Shown here in pieces: positions 49,596 to 58,310 of a stretch of DNA of 64,000 nucleotides (position 1 is its first letter; the number at the start of each line of letters is the position of its first letter). The stretch lies in NCBI GenBank assembly GCA_051003155.1, contig JBPCLO010000041.1, positions 1-64,000 on the forward strand, read 5' to 3'. This DNA is from Fimbriimonadales bacterium (GTDB taxonomy: Bacteria > Armatimonadota > Fimbriimonadia > Fimbriimonadales > ATM1). The notes below the pieces were generated by a model. It had not been told where the DNA came from, made no database searches, and saw only the letters and a program-made list of their open reading frames with translations. A program made the position numbers and the translations under genes.

Positions 49596-50934
49596 TGCCA
49601 CCTGAATGGTACCCGCTTGGGGGAACGACCGCCGACTGCAGTCGCCGGTCGACGCCTGAAAAGGCAAGCATGCGCCCGTCCGTCTGCACATACTTGGCAG
49701 AGAGTATGTCCCAGTTACCGCCGAAATTACTTCCGGTGGACATGTAGACCGAATTGTCTGCTCCCAATGCCGCGCGCGGCTCCTCGTGGCTGGCTCCATC
49801 ACGCAGCGTCTGAGACCATGCGACAGTGCCGCTGGTCGTGACTTTGCATATTATGCTGCCTGCTTCATATGGCAGACGCGTTGCGGGCAGGTAAATGTTT
49901 CCGTCCTGGTCAGACGCGGCTGCCCCGAGACGGTACCAGCTTCGTATGTCCGTGACGGTGTCATGAATCAGATCTCCGTCAGGGGAGTATTTCAACGCGA
50001 AGATTGGTCCGCCTTCGGAGCTGACCGCCAGGTAGATGTTGCCTATTGCGTCGCAGTTGCCCAAACGTACCTGTTCCGCGTCTGCAAAATAGTTGCGAAA
50101 GTCGACCCACACAGTATTACCTTCTTGATCGAGTTTGAGAGCAAACGTCGTGTTCACATACCCGTCGTAGCCTGTTATGCCACCCATGACAATGTTGTTC
50201 TCTGGGTCGATTGCTGCAGTGCCGATTTCGCTACTTTCGGACAGCGAGATAGATCGCGCCCACTTGCGTAGGCCCGCTTGGGTGTACTTGAGCACTCCAA
50301 GATTCAACGTGTGACGGTCATGGATACTGTTTAGCCTCGCGCTCACAACGATGTCCCCGACGCGATCAAATTGGATTTGGTGGGCAATGTCGAAATCGCC
50401 TCCGTTGAAGCCGTCGGACCAAAGAGCGTTGCCGTCGGAATCATAACAGGCCACCCAAACATCGCTCGAATACGGATCGACGTACCTGCCACCGGCGACA
50501 AAAATCCTGTTATCTCGTGCGATTATGGCTCTTACATACGTCCCTGGAACACGTCGAGTCCAGACGAACTGTCCTCTCGCATCGACCTTCAACGTTGCAT
50601 CGCTCATCGCAACGTAGGTTGCTTCGAGGGCCGGAGCGATCGCGTAGCCGACGGAACTGAATGCGCGATCGCTGTAGTTCACGAAACGCCAAAGAAGTTT
50701 GCCGATCGGCGAGTACTTGAGCAGCATCATCCGTTCGTAAAAGCCTATGCCGTAATCCTCTGAGCCCGTCACATAGTAGTTCCCCCTGACGTCAGTCGCA
50801 ACTCCCTAAAGGTGATCATCCCCGTGTGCGGGATTGTCGTACCTGACTCGCCATTGCTCAAAAACCTGGGCGGGGCAAGAACAAATAATCAGGATCGCCA
50901 AGCTCGATGCACAAAGGACCCGAAGTTTGCTCAT
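49576..50934 (-). pseudogene. Secreted SBBP-type beta-propeller protein with an in-frame TAG
   Basis: ATG 50934 signal peptide MSKLRVLCASSLAILIICSCPAQ; TAG at codon 43 (50806-50808); the same frame continues through D..GN.Y and KY...G...W repeats. Confidence 0.75.
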
Positions 50935-51075
50935 AAGCTAATATACGCAAACAGACGCGGTCAAGTAGTATTGAGTCGGCAGTTCCTCCCCCGACCCAAG
51001 AAATTCCGGTCAAGCAGCGGCCGGGTGGCGGGGGGAGGCTTGTAGGGGGCAACACCACCTTCGTCAGTCGTCCCC

Positions 51076-52350
51076 CTACGGATAAATTCCGCGAGTGACC
51101 GTCGCGTCCGCAACGCGCTTTACGCCGATGATATACGCGCCGATTCGCATGTTCGTCTTGTGCTGCTGGCTGGTCTGCAGAACGTGCGCGAAGCTGTTCC
51201 GAAGTATCTTCTCAAGCTTCGCGTTGACTTCGTTCTCTTCCCAGAAGAACGCCTGCAGGTCTTGCACCCACTCGAAATAGCTCACGATCACCCCGCCGGC
51301 ATTCGCGAGTACGTCGGGAATGACCACGACGCCTCGGTCGCTGAGCATGTCGTCGGCTTCGGGAGTCGTCGGGCCGTTCGCCCCTTCGACGACCAGCTTC
51401 GCCTTGATGTCGTCGGCGTTGCCGGCGTGAAGCTGCTCGGTCGTCGCCGCCGGGATTAAGATGTCGCAGTCGAGGGCGAGCAATTCTTCGTTAGTGACCT
51501 TTTCGCAGTCCTTGAATTCGGTGATACCGCCTTCACGGTCGGCGTAGCGCAGGATCAAGTCATGGATCGGCAGGCCCTTCGGGTTATAGATGCCGCCCAC
51601 GCGATCGGAAACCCCGACCACCTTCGCGCCGCGCTCCACGGCGAGCCTGGCCGCGATGCTGCCCACGTTACCGAAGCCCTGCACCACGACGCTGGAGCTG
51701 TCCAGCTTTGTATTAAGAAAGTTGCACGCTTCTTCGGCAGCCGTAATGACGCCTCTGCCCGTGGCTTCGACCCTCCCTTCGGAGCCGCCCAACGGAATCG
51801 GCTTGCCGGTCACGACACCGGTGCTCGTCGCGCCCTTCTGCATGCTGTAGGTGTCCATGATCCAGGCCATCACTTGGGCATTCGTGCCCATGTCCGGGGC
51901 AGGGATATCGGTATCAGGCCCGATGATGATGTTGATGTCGGAGATAAATCTGCGGGTGAGCTTCTCGAGTTCCCGCTTGCTCAGTTTCTTGATGTCTACC
52001 TTGACGCCGCCTTTCGCGCCACCGTAGGGGATGTTGGCGATGGCGCACTTCCAAGTCATCCACATGGCAAGAGCGGTGGTCTCGTCCAGATCGACGTCGG
52101 GGTGATACCTAATGCCGCCCTTCGTGGGACCGCGGCTCATGTTGTGCTGAACCCTGAAGCCCTCGAAAACCTGGACGCGGCCATTATCGAGGACCACTGG
52201 GAAGTTGACGATCAGCTGGCGCCGCGGCGTCGCGAGTACCTGGTGCAACCCCTCGTCCATTTCGAGATACTTGGCGGCGACGGCGAGTTGCTGCTTCGCC
52301 ATATCCAAAACATTGGGCTTTTCAGCCGTCTTCGTTGCTGTTTTCGACAT
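51076..52350 (-). CDS. gdhA: Glutamate dehydrogenase (Glu/Leu/Phe/Val family), copy 2
   Basis: KGGIRYHP, GGAKGG, GFGNVG, NAGGVIVSYFEW; AAGGAG RBS. Confidence 0.92.
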   Translation of the reverse strand: MSKTATKTAEKPNVLDMAKQQLAVAAKYLEMDEGLHQVLATPRRQLIVNFPVVLDNGRVQVFEGFRVQHNMSRGPTKGGIRYHPDVDLDETTALAMWMTWKCAIANIPYGGAKGGVKVDIKKLSKRELEKLTRRFISDINIIIGPDTDIPAPDMGTNAQVMAWIMDTYSMQKGATSTGVVTGKPIPLGGSEGRVEATGRGVITAAEEACNFLNTKLDSSSVVVQGFGNVGSIAARLAVERGAKVVGVSDRVGGIYNPKGLPIHDLILRYADREGGITEFKDCEKVTNEELLALDCDILIPAATTEQLHAGNADDIKAKLVVEGANGPTTPEADDMLSDRGVVVIPDVLANAGGVIVSYFEWVQDLQAFFWEENEVNAKLEKILRNSFAHVLQTSQQHKTNMRIGAYIIGVKRVADATVTRGIYP

Positions 52351-52475
52351 CGTTGTCTGAACTACTCCTTATCCTCGGCTCGCCCGAGCTCATCAGAGCT
52401 TTGATTGTAGCCAATCGGGGCGACGTTCAGCTTTTGCTCGCTCGGACGAATAGGACTTATAGGGTGAATTGGTAG

Positions 52476-52517
52476 AGTCTCCAGTCTTCAGTCTGCAGTC
52501 TCCAGTCTGCAGTCTTA
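52476..52517. repeat. Heptamer tandem repeat (AGTCTNN x6)
   Basis: AGTCTCC AGTCTTC AGTCTGC AGTCTCC AGTCTGC AGTCTTA. Confidence 0.9.
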
Positions 52518-52559
52518 AAGAGGAGAGGGGCGCCACTTCTTCTCCGAAGCGACGCCCCT
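52517..52559 (-). terminator. GC-rich hairpin with pyrimidine tail
   Basis: AGGGGCGTCGCTTC-GGAGAA-GAAGTGGCGCCCCT then CTCCTCTTT (weak U-tract). Confidence 0.55.
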
Positions 52560-52659
52560 GGTGTCAGGAGGTATCTAAGTGGCATTGGGCGAGGCCCTCT
52601 GCCCCAAGCGACGGTTCCTTTCACGGTGACCGACCTGACTCTACGATGTGCCTTACACC
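52560..52659 (-). ncRNA. Candidate structured ncRNA downstream of the c-di-AMP riboswitch
   Basis: GGUGUAAGG/CCUGACACC closing stem, GUGAAA-capped hairpin, second hairpin; no convincing ORF. Confidence 0.45.
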
Positions 52660-52673
52660 TTGAAAGACCAACT

Positions 52674-52706
52674 AAAAAAACGCTCGACCTTTCGATCGAA
52701 GCGTTT
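52674..52706 (-). terminator. Riboswitch expression-platform terminator
   Basis: AAACGCTTCGATC-GAAA-GGTCGAGCG followed by seven T. Confidence 0.85.
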
Positions 52707-52752
52707 ACCGTTGAATCTTCGGCGTCTTTGCCGCAGGTTGTCCGGCTCTCGC

Positions 52753-52868
52753 TTCGCCTACGGGGTTAGCTGACGGGCTCGGGCCAAGAGTTACCCTATC
52801 CGCTTCCGCGGAATTCGCCCCGGGTTCTGGTTCCCCCGTTTTCCCGGTCAAGGGAAATTAGACGTCTC
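52753..52868 (-). promoter_or_regulatory. c-di-AMP riboswitch (ydaO/yuaA)
   Basis: The minus strand carries the hallmark blocks GGGGGAACC, GGGGCGAAU, UAGGG and CCCGAGCCCGUCAGCUAACCCCGUAGGCG; TAGTAT -10 at 52893-52898. Confidence 0.92.
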
Positions 52869-52918
52869 CGATGGTTTCCCACCGGCAAACAAATACTACC
52901 ACGATTTGCCAAAAAAAG

Positions 52919-53704
52919 TTACCGAATGTCGCGGCCATCGTCGTCTTTCTCAGGATCCTCCTTGAAGCTTCGCTCGAAAAGCTCCTTCAGCCGACGCCTC
53001 TCCGCCTCAGTCTCCATCCGCTTGCCGTTGTCGTGTCCGCGGTAGTCCTTATCCCGCATACCCGCATTGGTTCGCCTCTCCGGAATGCTGGGAAGTCGCA
53101 GTCGCCCTGTCGCGAAAGCCCACGCCAAAACGAGAGGGATCGCGGCCAAGAACCCGATGGGCGGATGTCCGCCAGACCCATAGTAGAACACGGTTCCCAA
53201 AGCCGTGATCCAGCCGATCCACTTCGCCGCGACCGGCAAAACGAACCAGAGGAGAATCTGCTGATTCGGAAAGAGGGCCGCGTAGGCGACCACCGAGCAA
53301 GCAACCGGGAACCCGAGCGAGGTTAGCACCATCTGCGTCCCCTCGATCAGGTACCCAAGGTAAAGGGCCAGCGGACAGGCCAGGATGATCGCTAGGAAGA
53401 AAACCGCGAGTTTTCGCGTTCCCCAAAGCCGCTCCATCGCGCCAGTGAAATAAAACAGCCCAATGCAGATGAACAGCACGCCCAGGAAGTCCATCGCGAT
53501 GACAGTGTAAGTTAGCAGCGTCCACGGTCTGAGGTACCAGTTGTCCGACACGAACGTGAAATTCGAAACGAAGCCGAGGTTGGCGTAAAAGAGCCACGAC
53601 AGCACAAAGCTCATCACCGTAGCCGCGATCGCGATGAGCGTAATCGGCATCCCGCTTCGGCGATAGAAACTCCTGCCTGAGTCGAAGAGCCCGGGCTTGG
53701 ACAT
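52919..53704 (-). CDS. Rhomboid-like membrane protein
   Basis: RPWTLLTY, MERLWG, FPNQQILLWFVLPV; about 6 TM; catalytic GxS/H not evident. Confidence 0.7.
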   Translation of the reverse strand: MSKPGLFDSGRSFYRRSGMPITLIAIAATVMSFVLSWLFYANLGFVSNFTFVSDNWYLRPWTLLTYTVIAMDFLGVLFICIGLFYFTGAMERLWGTRKLAVFFLAIILACPLALYLGYLIEGTQMVLTSLGFPVACSVVAYAALFPNQQILLWFVLPVAAKWIGWITALGTVFYYGSGGHPPIGFLAAIPLVLAWAFATGRLRLPSIPERRTNAGMRDKDYRGHDNGKRMETEAERRRLKELFERSFKEDPEKDDDGRDIR

Positions 53705-53921
53705 TGCTCACTATTTTAGACTGCAAGCCGTTCCTATCCTTCGTAAGAGCAACGGTGATGCTAAACGGGAGTCGGACATTACCGCCTTGCGACGCTTCAG
53801 CCTTGTCGATACACGAGCGCAGATTGGTCGATAAGTGGGCCGAAAGCCCCACCGCAGGCCCTGCTGGCAGAATTGCTCGTGTACAATAAAGCTCCGGGCT
53901 TAACCGATAAAGGGAGGCATC

Positions 53922-55214
53922 ATGGATATCGTTCGTGCAGCGATCGGCATTTGCATTCTCAGTTCTGCAGGCTGTGGCGTCGTCACGACGACGCGCGTTT
54001 CCGTCACCACGGGCGGTGGCCAGAGCGACGGGCACAGCGAGTATTCGGCCATCAGCGCCGACGGGCGTTTTGTGGTTTTTCAGACCAGGGCCACAAACCT
54101 CGCGCCAGGTGACACCTCCGACTTCTTCGACGTGTATCGGCACGATCGCCAGACGAATACGACGGTGCGCGTGTCGCTGACATCTAACGGCAGCCAGCCG
54201 ACCGAGCACTGCACCTCGGCGGCGATCAGCGGAGACGGGCGCTTCGTGGCATTCCAAAGTCCTGCAAACAATCTCGTCTTGGGCGACATAAACGGCAAAG
54301 ACGACGTTTTCGTGCGAGATATGCAAAACGGCACGACTGAAATCGTCTCGGTTTCCTCTAATGAACTCCGTGGCAACGACGCTAGCTATTTTCCCGCTAT
54401 CGATGGTACAGGGCGCTTCGTCACCTTTACTTCTTTGGCGAGCAATCTCGTCGTCGGCGACTCCAACGAAGTTCACGATGTCCTCGTGCGGGATCGGCAG
54501 CTTGGAACGACCACGCTCGTGTCGACGTCCACGGCCGGAATTCAAGCCAACTTCCACAGCGCCTTTTCGGACATCAGTTCCGACGGCAGGTTCGTCGCCT
54601 TCGTGTCAGGCGCGAACAACTTATCCATGGCTGATACGAATCTCGCATACGATATTTTTGTAAAGGATCGAACGACTGGCAAGACCACGTGCATGTCAGT
54701 GAATCAAAATGGCGCGCAGGCTAACGGAGATTGCCGCGAATGCGCGATTAACGATAACGGTCAGGTCGTCGTGTTTGAGTGTCAGGCGACCGACATGGTC
54801 CCCGGAGACACGAACGGTTTCCCGGACGTCATTGTACGGGACGCAATCGCAGGCACGACCACCCGCGTAAATACATTCGGCGGCGTCGAGGCGAACGGCT
54901 TCAGCGACGATGTCGACATTAGCAGCAGCGGACGGTATGTGGTTTTCTCCTCCACGGCAAACAATTTGGTGGCCACGGATGAAAACAATCGCGGCGATGT
55001 ATTTCTCCATGACCGCAATACGGGACGAAACTTGATTGCGTCCGTGAAGAACGGCGGAGTGCAGGAACTGGGGCTCACCGGCGGCGTGAGGCCGAATATC
55101 AGCAAGGACGGAGTCTTTGTGGTGTTCTGGTCGGACTTCACGGGGCTCGTGCCGAACGATACAAACGGAGTACGCGATATTTTTGTTAACACGCGAAGCG
55201 GATTGAACCAGTAG
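53922..55214 (+). CDS. Secreted TolB/PD40-like beta-propeller repeat protein
   Basis: About 7 repeats of IS.DGRFV.F.S.A.NLV.GDTNG..DVFVRD; GGGAGG RBS. Confidence 0.85.
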   Translation: MDIVRAAIGICILSSAGCGVVTTTRVSVTTGGGQSDGHSEYSAISADGRFVVFQTRATNLAPGDTSDFFDVYRHDRQTNTTVRVSLTSNGSQPTEHCTSAAISGDGRFVAFQSPANNLVLGDINGKDDVFVRDMQNGTTEIVSVSSNELRGNDASYFPAIDGTGRFVTFTSLASNLVVGDSNEVHDVLVRDRQLGTTTLVSTSTAGIQANFHSAFSDISSDGRFVAFVSGANNLSMADTNLAYDIFVKDRTTGKTTCMSVNQNGAQANGDCRECAINDNGQVVVFECQATDMVPGDTNGFPDVIVRDAIAGTTTRVNTFGGVEANGFSDDVDISSSGRYVVFSSTANNLVATDENNRGDVFLHDRNTGRNLIASVKNGGVQELGLTGGVRPNISKDGVFVVFWSDFTGLVPNDTNGVRDIFVNTRSGLNQ

Positions 55215-55319
55215 ATCGATTCCCCACCACCTGCCGCTCCCCGCGACACATCATTCGCGGAGAGGGGTTCACCCTAAAGGAATGCCTTCTGAGTCGGCGA
55301 ACGTAGTAAGGACGAGCTT

Positions 55320-56300
55320 ATGGCGCAACAGGTGGTTCGGCTTCGGGTTATCGTCTCGGAAGGTGAAGAGAGTTTCGCGGATGCGGTCGTAGCTGGCCTG
55401 GACCGCGCGCCGAAAACTCTACCGTGCAAGTTCTTCTATGACCTGGAGGGCTCTCGGCTCTTCGAAAAGATAACTGAGGAACCAAGCTACTACCTCACCC
55501 GGGCGGAGCGTGAAATTCTTGCGGAGAGCGCGGACGAAATCGTTGGCGAGGTAGGCGAGGAACTTTCGGTTGTCGAGCTCGGAGGAGGCAATTCCGTTAA
55601 GACGCGTCTGGTCATCGACGCTATCCTGAGACAGCAAGACCGCCTGCATTTCACCAATGTCGATATTTCGCGGGAGTACTTGGAGGACTCCGCGAGGGCG
55701 CTACTCGCGGACTATGCCAATCTGGAAATGGACGCCATTGCTGCCGAGTATGACGACGCTTTCGACCTCTTGCCGCCTCGTGAAGGGCCGCGGCTCTTCC
55801 TCTTCATGGGGTCGAATCTCGGCAACTTCTCTCCCGGCGAAGCGGGTGACCTCTTGTGCCGTCTCAACTCGGTCATGGACTGTGATGACGCCCTCCTCGT
55901 GGGTATCGACCGGCTGAAAGACGCGGCGATCATCGAGGCGGCTTACAACGACGAAAACGGCATCACCGAGGCTTTCAACAAGAACATCCTGGCGCGGATC
56001 AATCGTGAGCTCGGTGGAGATTTCGACCTCGACAAATTCTCCCACCGCGCTCAATTCAGACCCGAAAAGGGCAGGATCGAAATGCTTCTGGTGAGTTCCG
56101 AGAGACAGACCGTGGAAGTTTTGGGAAGGGATTTCGGATTCAAGGAAGGCGAAACCATTCAAACGGAGGAATGCGCGAAGTACTCGCGGTCCCAGTTCGC
56201 GGCTCTGGCCCTTTCGGTCGATTTGCGCGTAGTGCGGTCTTGGACAGACGAGAATGAATGGTTCGATGTGTACCTGCTCAGATTGGCGAACGGCGGATGA
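55320..56300 (+). CDS. egtD: L-histidine N-alpha-methyltransferase
   Basis: PKTLPCKFFYD..GSRLFEKIT..YYLTRAE, ELGGG, GSNLGN, AYND..GIT..FN, RIEM. Confidence 0.9.
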   Translation: MAQQVVRLRVIVSEGEESFADAVVAGLDRAPKTLPCKFFYDLEGSRLFEKITEEPSYYLTRAEREILAESADEIVGEVGEELSVVELGGGNSVKTRLVIDAILRQQDRLHFTNVDISREYLEDSARALLADYANLEMDAIAAEYDDAFDLLPPREGPRLFLFMGSNLGNFSPGEAGDLLCRLNSVMDCDDALLVGIDRLKDAAIIEAAYNDENGITEAFNKNILARINRELGGDFDLDKFSHRAQFRPEKGRIEMLLVSSERQTVEVLGRDFGFKEGETIQTEECAKYSRSQFAALALSVDLRVVRSWTDENEWFDVYLLRLANGG

Positions 56301-57571
56301 CCCTCGCCGAGCGGATGCGGCAAAGCCGCGACCGGACGATTGAGTTGGCATCGATGGCGCCGGAAGAGAGCCTCACCCGCTTGGTGCACCCATTCTACAG
56401 CCCGCTCGGATGGCACCTTGGCCATGTGGGGATGGTCGAGGAGTATTGGGTGCTCGAGCGGGCGTTCGGTTTGAAGCCCGCGTGCCCAAACCTATCGTTC
56501 ATCTTCGCAAATATTCCCGAGAATCCGAAGGGCAACCGCGTGCGCCTTCCGACCCGCGAAGAGACTTTCGATTGGCTGGCCGGGATTCGGGCCCGGGTAT
56601 TGGAATGTCGCGCGAACGGTGGCTCGGGTCCGCTTTGCGAAGACGATTATTGCTTCCAGTTCGCGCTCCAGCATGAGCATCAGCACCAGGAGACGATTGT
56701 GGAGCTGTTGCAACTGTTGCGACTGCCAGGCGATTATGCCTCCACTGCTTGCCGTGGAGGATACTTGGTCGCCTCGCCGGCAGATTCCGACACGAGCAGC
56801 GATTCTGACATGGTGTTCATCGGCGGCGGGACGTTCCGGATGGGTTCCGATCATCTTTACGACTACGACAACGAGAAGCAGCAGCACGAGGGGGAGGTGT
56901 CCCCATTTCATCTCGGCAAATATCCCGTGACCGTGGCGGACTACGTGGGCTTCATGGATGGAGGCGGATACGAGCGGCCTGAGCTGTGGACGCCCAAAGG
57001 ATGGGCTTGGCGAAAGGGCGAAAGTGCGATGACGCCGGAGTATTGGGAGCGAACGAGCGATAGTTGGGAGTACCGGTCGCCTGTCGGTTTGCGAACAATG
57101 GCGGCGAACGAGCCGGTTGCGAGCATAAGTTGGTTCGAGGCCGACGCGTTCGCTCGATGGAAAGGCATGCGCCTGCCGACGGAGGCCGAATGGGAGTTCG
57201 CGGCATCACGCGGCAATCGGCGGTACCCGTGGGGGGATGATGAGCCAACGCAGGAACGGGCAAACTTCGGCATATCAAACTGGGGTGTTTGTGGTGTTGG
57301 AGAGCGCGGGGCGGGCGCCACTCCGGACGGAATCCACGACATGGCGGGCCAAGTGTGGGAGTGGACCTCGACCCCGTTCGCGCCGTATCCCGGGTTCGTA
57401 CCCTATCCCTACGACGGCTATTCCTCCGAGCACATGGATGGCGGGCATCTGGTGTTGCGCGGCGGATCGTGGGCGTCGCAGGCCGAAATCCTCCGATGCA
57501 CTTTCCGAAATTGGTACGTGCCGACGTACCGGCAAGGGCTCCTGGGGATGAGGCTGGCAGCGGATGCTTGA
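56297..57571 (+). CDS. egtB: Ergothioneine sulfoxide synthase (DinB + FGE-like)
   Basis: SPLGWHLGH, HEHQHQE iron ligands, RLPTEAEWE, PYPGF..YDGYS, LRGGSW; ATGA overlap with egtD. Confidence 0.82.
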   Translation: MTLAERMRQSRDRTIELASMAPEESLTRLVHPFYSPLGWHLGHVGMVEEYWVLERAFGLKPACPNLSFIFANIPENPKGNRVRLPTREETFDWLAGIRARVLECRANGGSGPLCEDDYCFQFALQHEHQHQETIVELLQLLRLPGDYASTACRGGYLVASPADSDTSSDSDMVFIGGGTFRMGSDHLYDYDNEKQQHEGEVSPFHLGKYPVTVADYVGFMDGGGYERPELWTPKGWAWRKGESAMTPEYWERTSDSWEYRSPVGLRTMAANEPVASISWFEADAFARWKGMRLPTEAEWEFAASRGNRRYPWGDDEPTQERANFGISNWGVCGVGERGAGATPDGIHDMAGQVWEWTSTPFAPYPGFVPYPYDGYSSEHMDGGHLVLRGGSWASQAEILRCTFRNWYVPTYRQGLLGMRLAADA

Positions 57572-58310
57572 ACTCACAAGTGTCGTCAAGCGAATCTCGT
57601 CCGAGTTCACGCTCGGCCCCATCGACCTCTCCGTTCCGGCGGGCACCGTCACGATTCTGATCGGGCCGAGCGGGTGTGGCAAATCGACGCTCTTGCGGAT
57701 GCTAAACGGCCTCGTGTGGCCGGACAATGGCACGGTCGAGTTCGAGGGGACGAACCTGTTTTCCAGCCATGCGCAGGTAATGGAGGCGCGGCGGAGAATG
57801 GGCTACGTGATCCAGGAAGGCGGGCTGTTTCCGCACCTGACCGCCCGAGGCAACGTCCAGCTGATGGCCAAGACTCTCGGCATATCTGAAGCCGAGAGAA
57901 ATGCGCGGGTCGCCGAACTTTCTGCCCTAACCCAATTTCCGGAGGACGCACTCGATCGGCGCCCCACCGAGCTATCAGGAGGGCAGCGCCAGAGGGTCAG
58001 CCTGATGCGTGCGCTGATGCTCGATCCCGACCTGTTGCTCTTGGACGAGCCGCTCGGCGCGCTCGACCCGATGATCCGCGCGGACCTCCAGGATGAGCTC
58101 AAGGGCGTGTTCGAGAAGCTTAAGAAGACGGTGGTAATGGTAACCCACGACCTGGGAGAGGCGGCATTCTTCGCTGACACCGTTGCGCTGATCCGCGATG
58201 GCCGGATTGTCCAGATCGGGCCGGCAAAGGAACTGATCGAAAAGCCGGCGGAGGAGTTCGTCTCAAAGTTCGTGACAGCGCAAAGGCGGCCATTGGAGGC
58301 CTTGGGTTGA
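57564..58310 (+). CDS. ABC transporter ATPase (osmoprotectant/quaternary-amine family)
   Basis: GPSGCGKS, GYVIQ, LSGGQ, DEPLGALD. Confidence 0.9.
   Translation: MLELTSVVKRISSEFTLGPIDLSVPAGTVTILIGPSGCGKSTLLRMLNGLVWPDNGTVEFEGTNLFSSHAQVMEARRRMGYVIQEGGLFPHLTARGNVQLMAKTLGISEAERNARVAELSALTQFPEDALDRRPTELSGGQRQRVSLMRALMLDPDLLLLDEPLGALDPMIRADLQDELKGVFEKLKKTVVMVTHDLGEAAFFADTVALIRDGRIVQIGPAKELIEKPAEEFVSKFVTAQRRPLEALG

Noticed and set aside
12970..50808. Stop-codon recoding (TGA=Trp/Sec, TAG=Pyl) explaining the two in-frame stops
   Set aside because: TGA and TAG end many normal genes in this window, Trp is encoded by TGG elsewhere, and no convincing SECIS/PYLIS was seen.
52365..52400. Hammerhead ribozyme in the gdh leader (CUGAUGA plus stem, minus strand)
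   Set aside because: The stem is followed by CGAGG rather than GAAA, and no stem I/III or cleavage triplet is evident.
52560..52659. SRP (4.5S) RNA, suggested by GUCAGGUC..AGGAA
   Set aside because: Lacks the CCGGAAGG tetraloop and GCAGC of helix 8.
53049..54557. 502-aa minus-strand ORF and similar long shadow ORFs (e.g. 562-1215, 5014-5799, 51562-52404)
   Set aside because: They overlap well-supported genes antisense or out of frame and have no recognisable motifs; expected in GC-rich DNA.
53922..55214. CRISPR-like or DNA repeat array
   Set aside because: The periodicity is protein-level propeller repeats with degenerate codons, not identical repeats with spacers.
55320..57571. Selenoneine or ovothiol cluster
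   Set aside because: No senB/senC neighbours and no C-terminal methyltransferase on the sulfoxide synthase.
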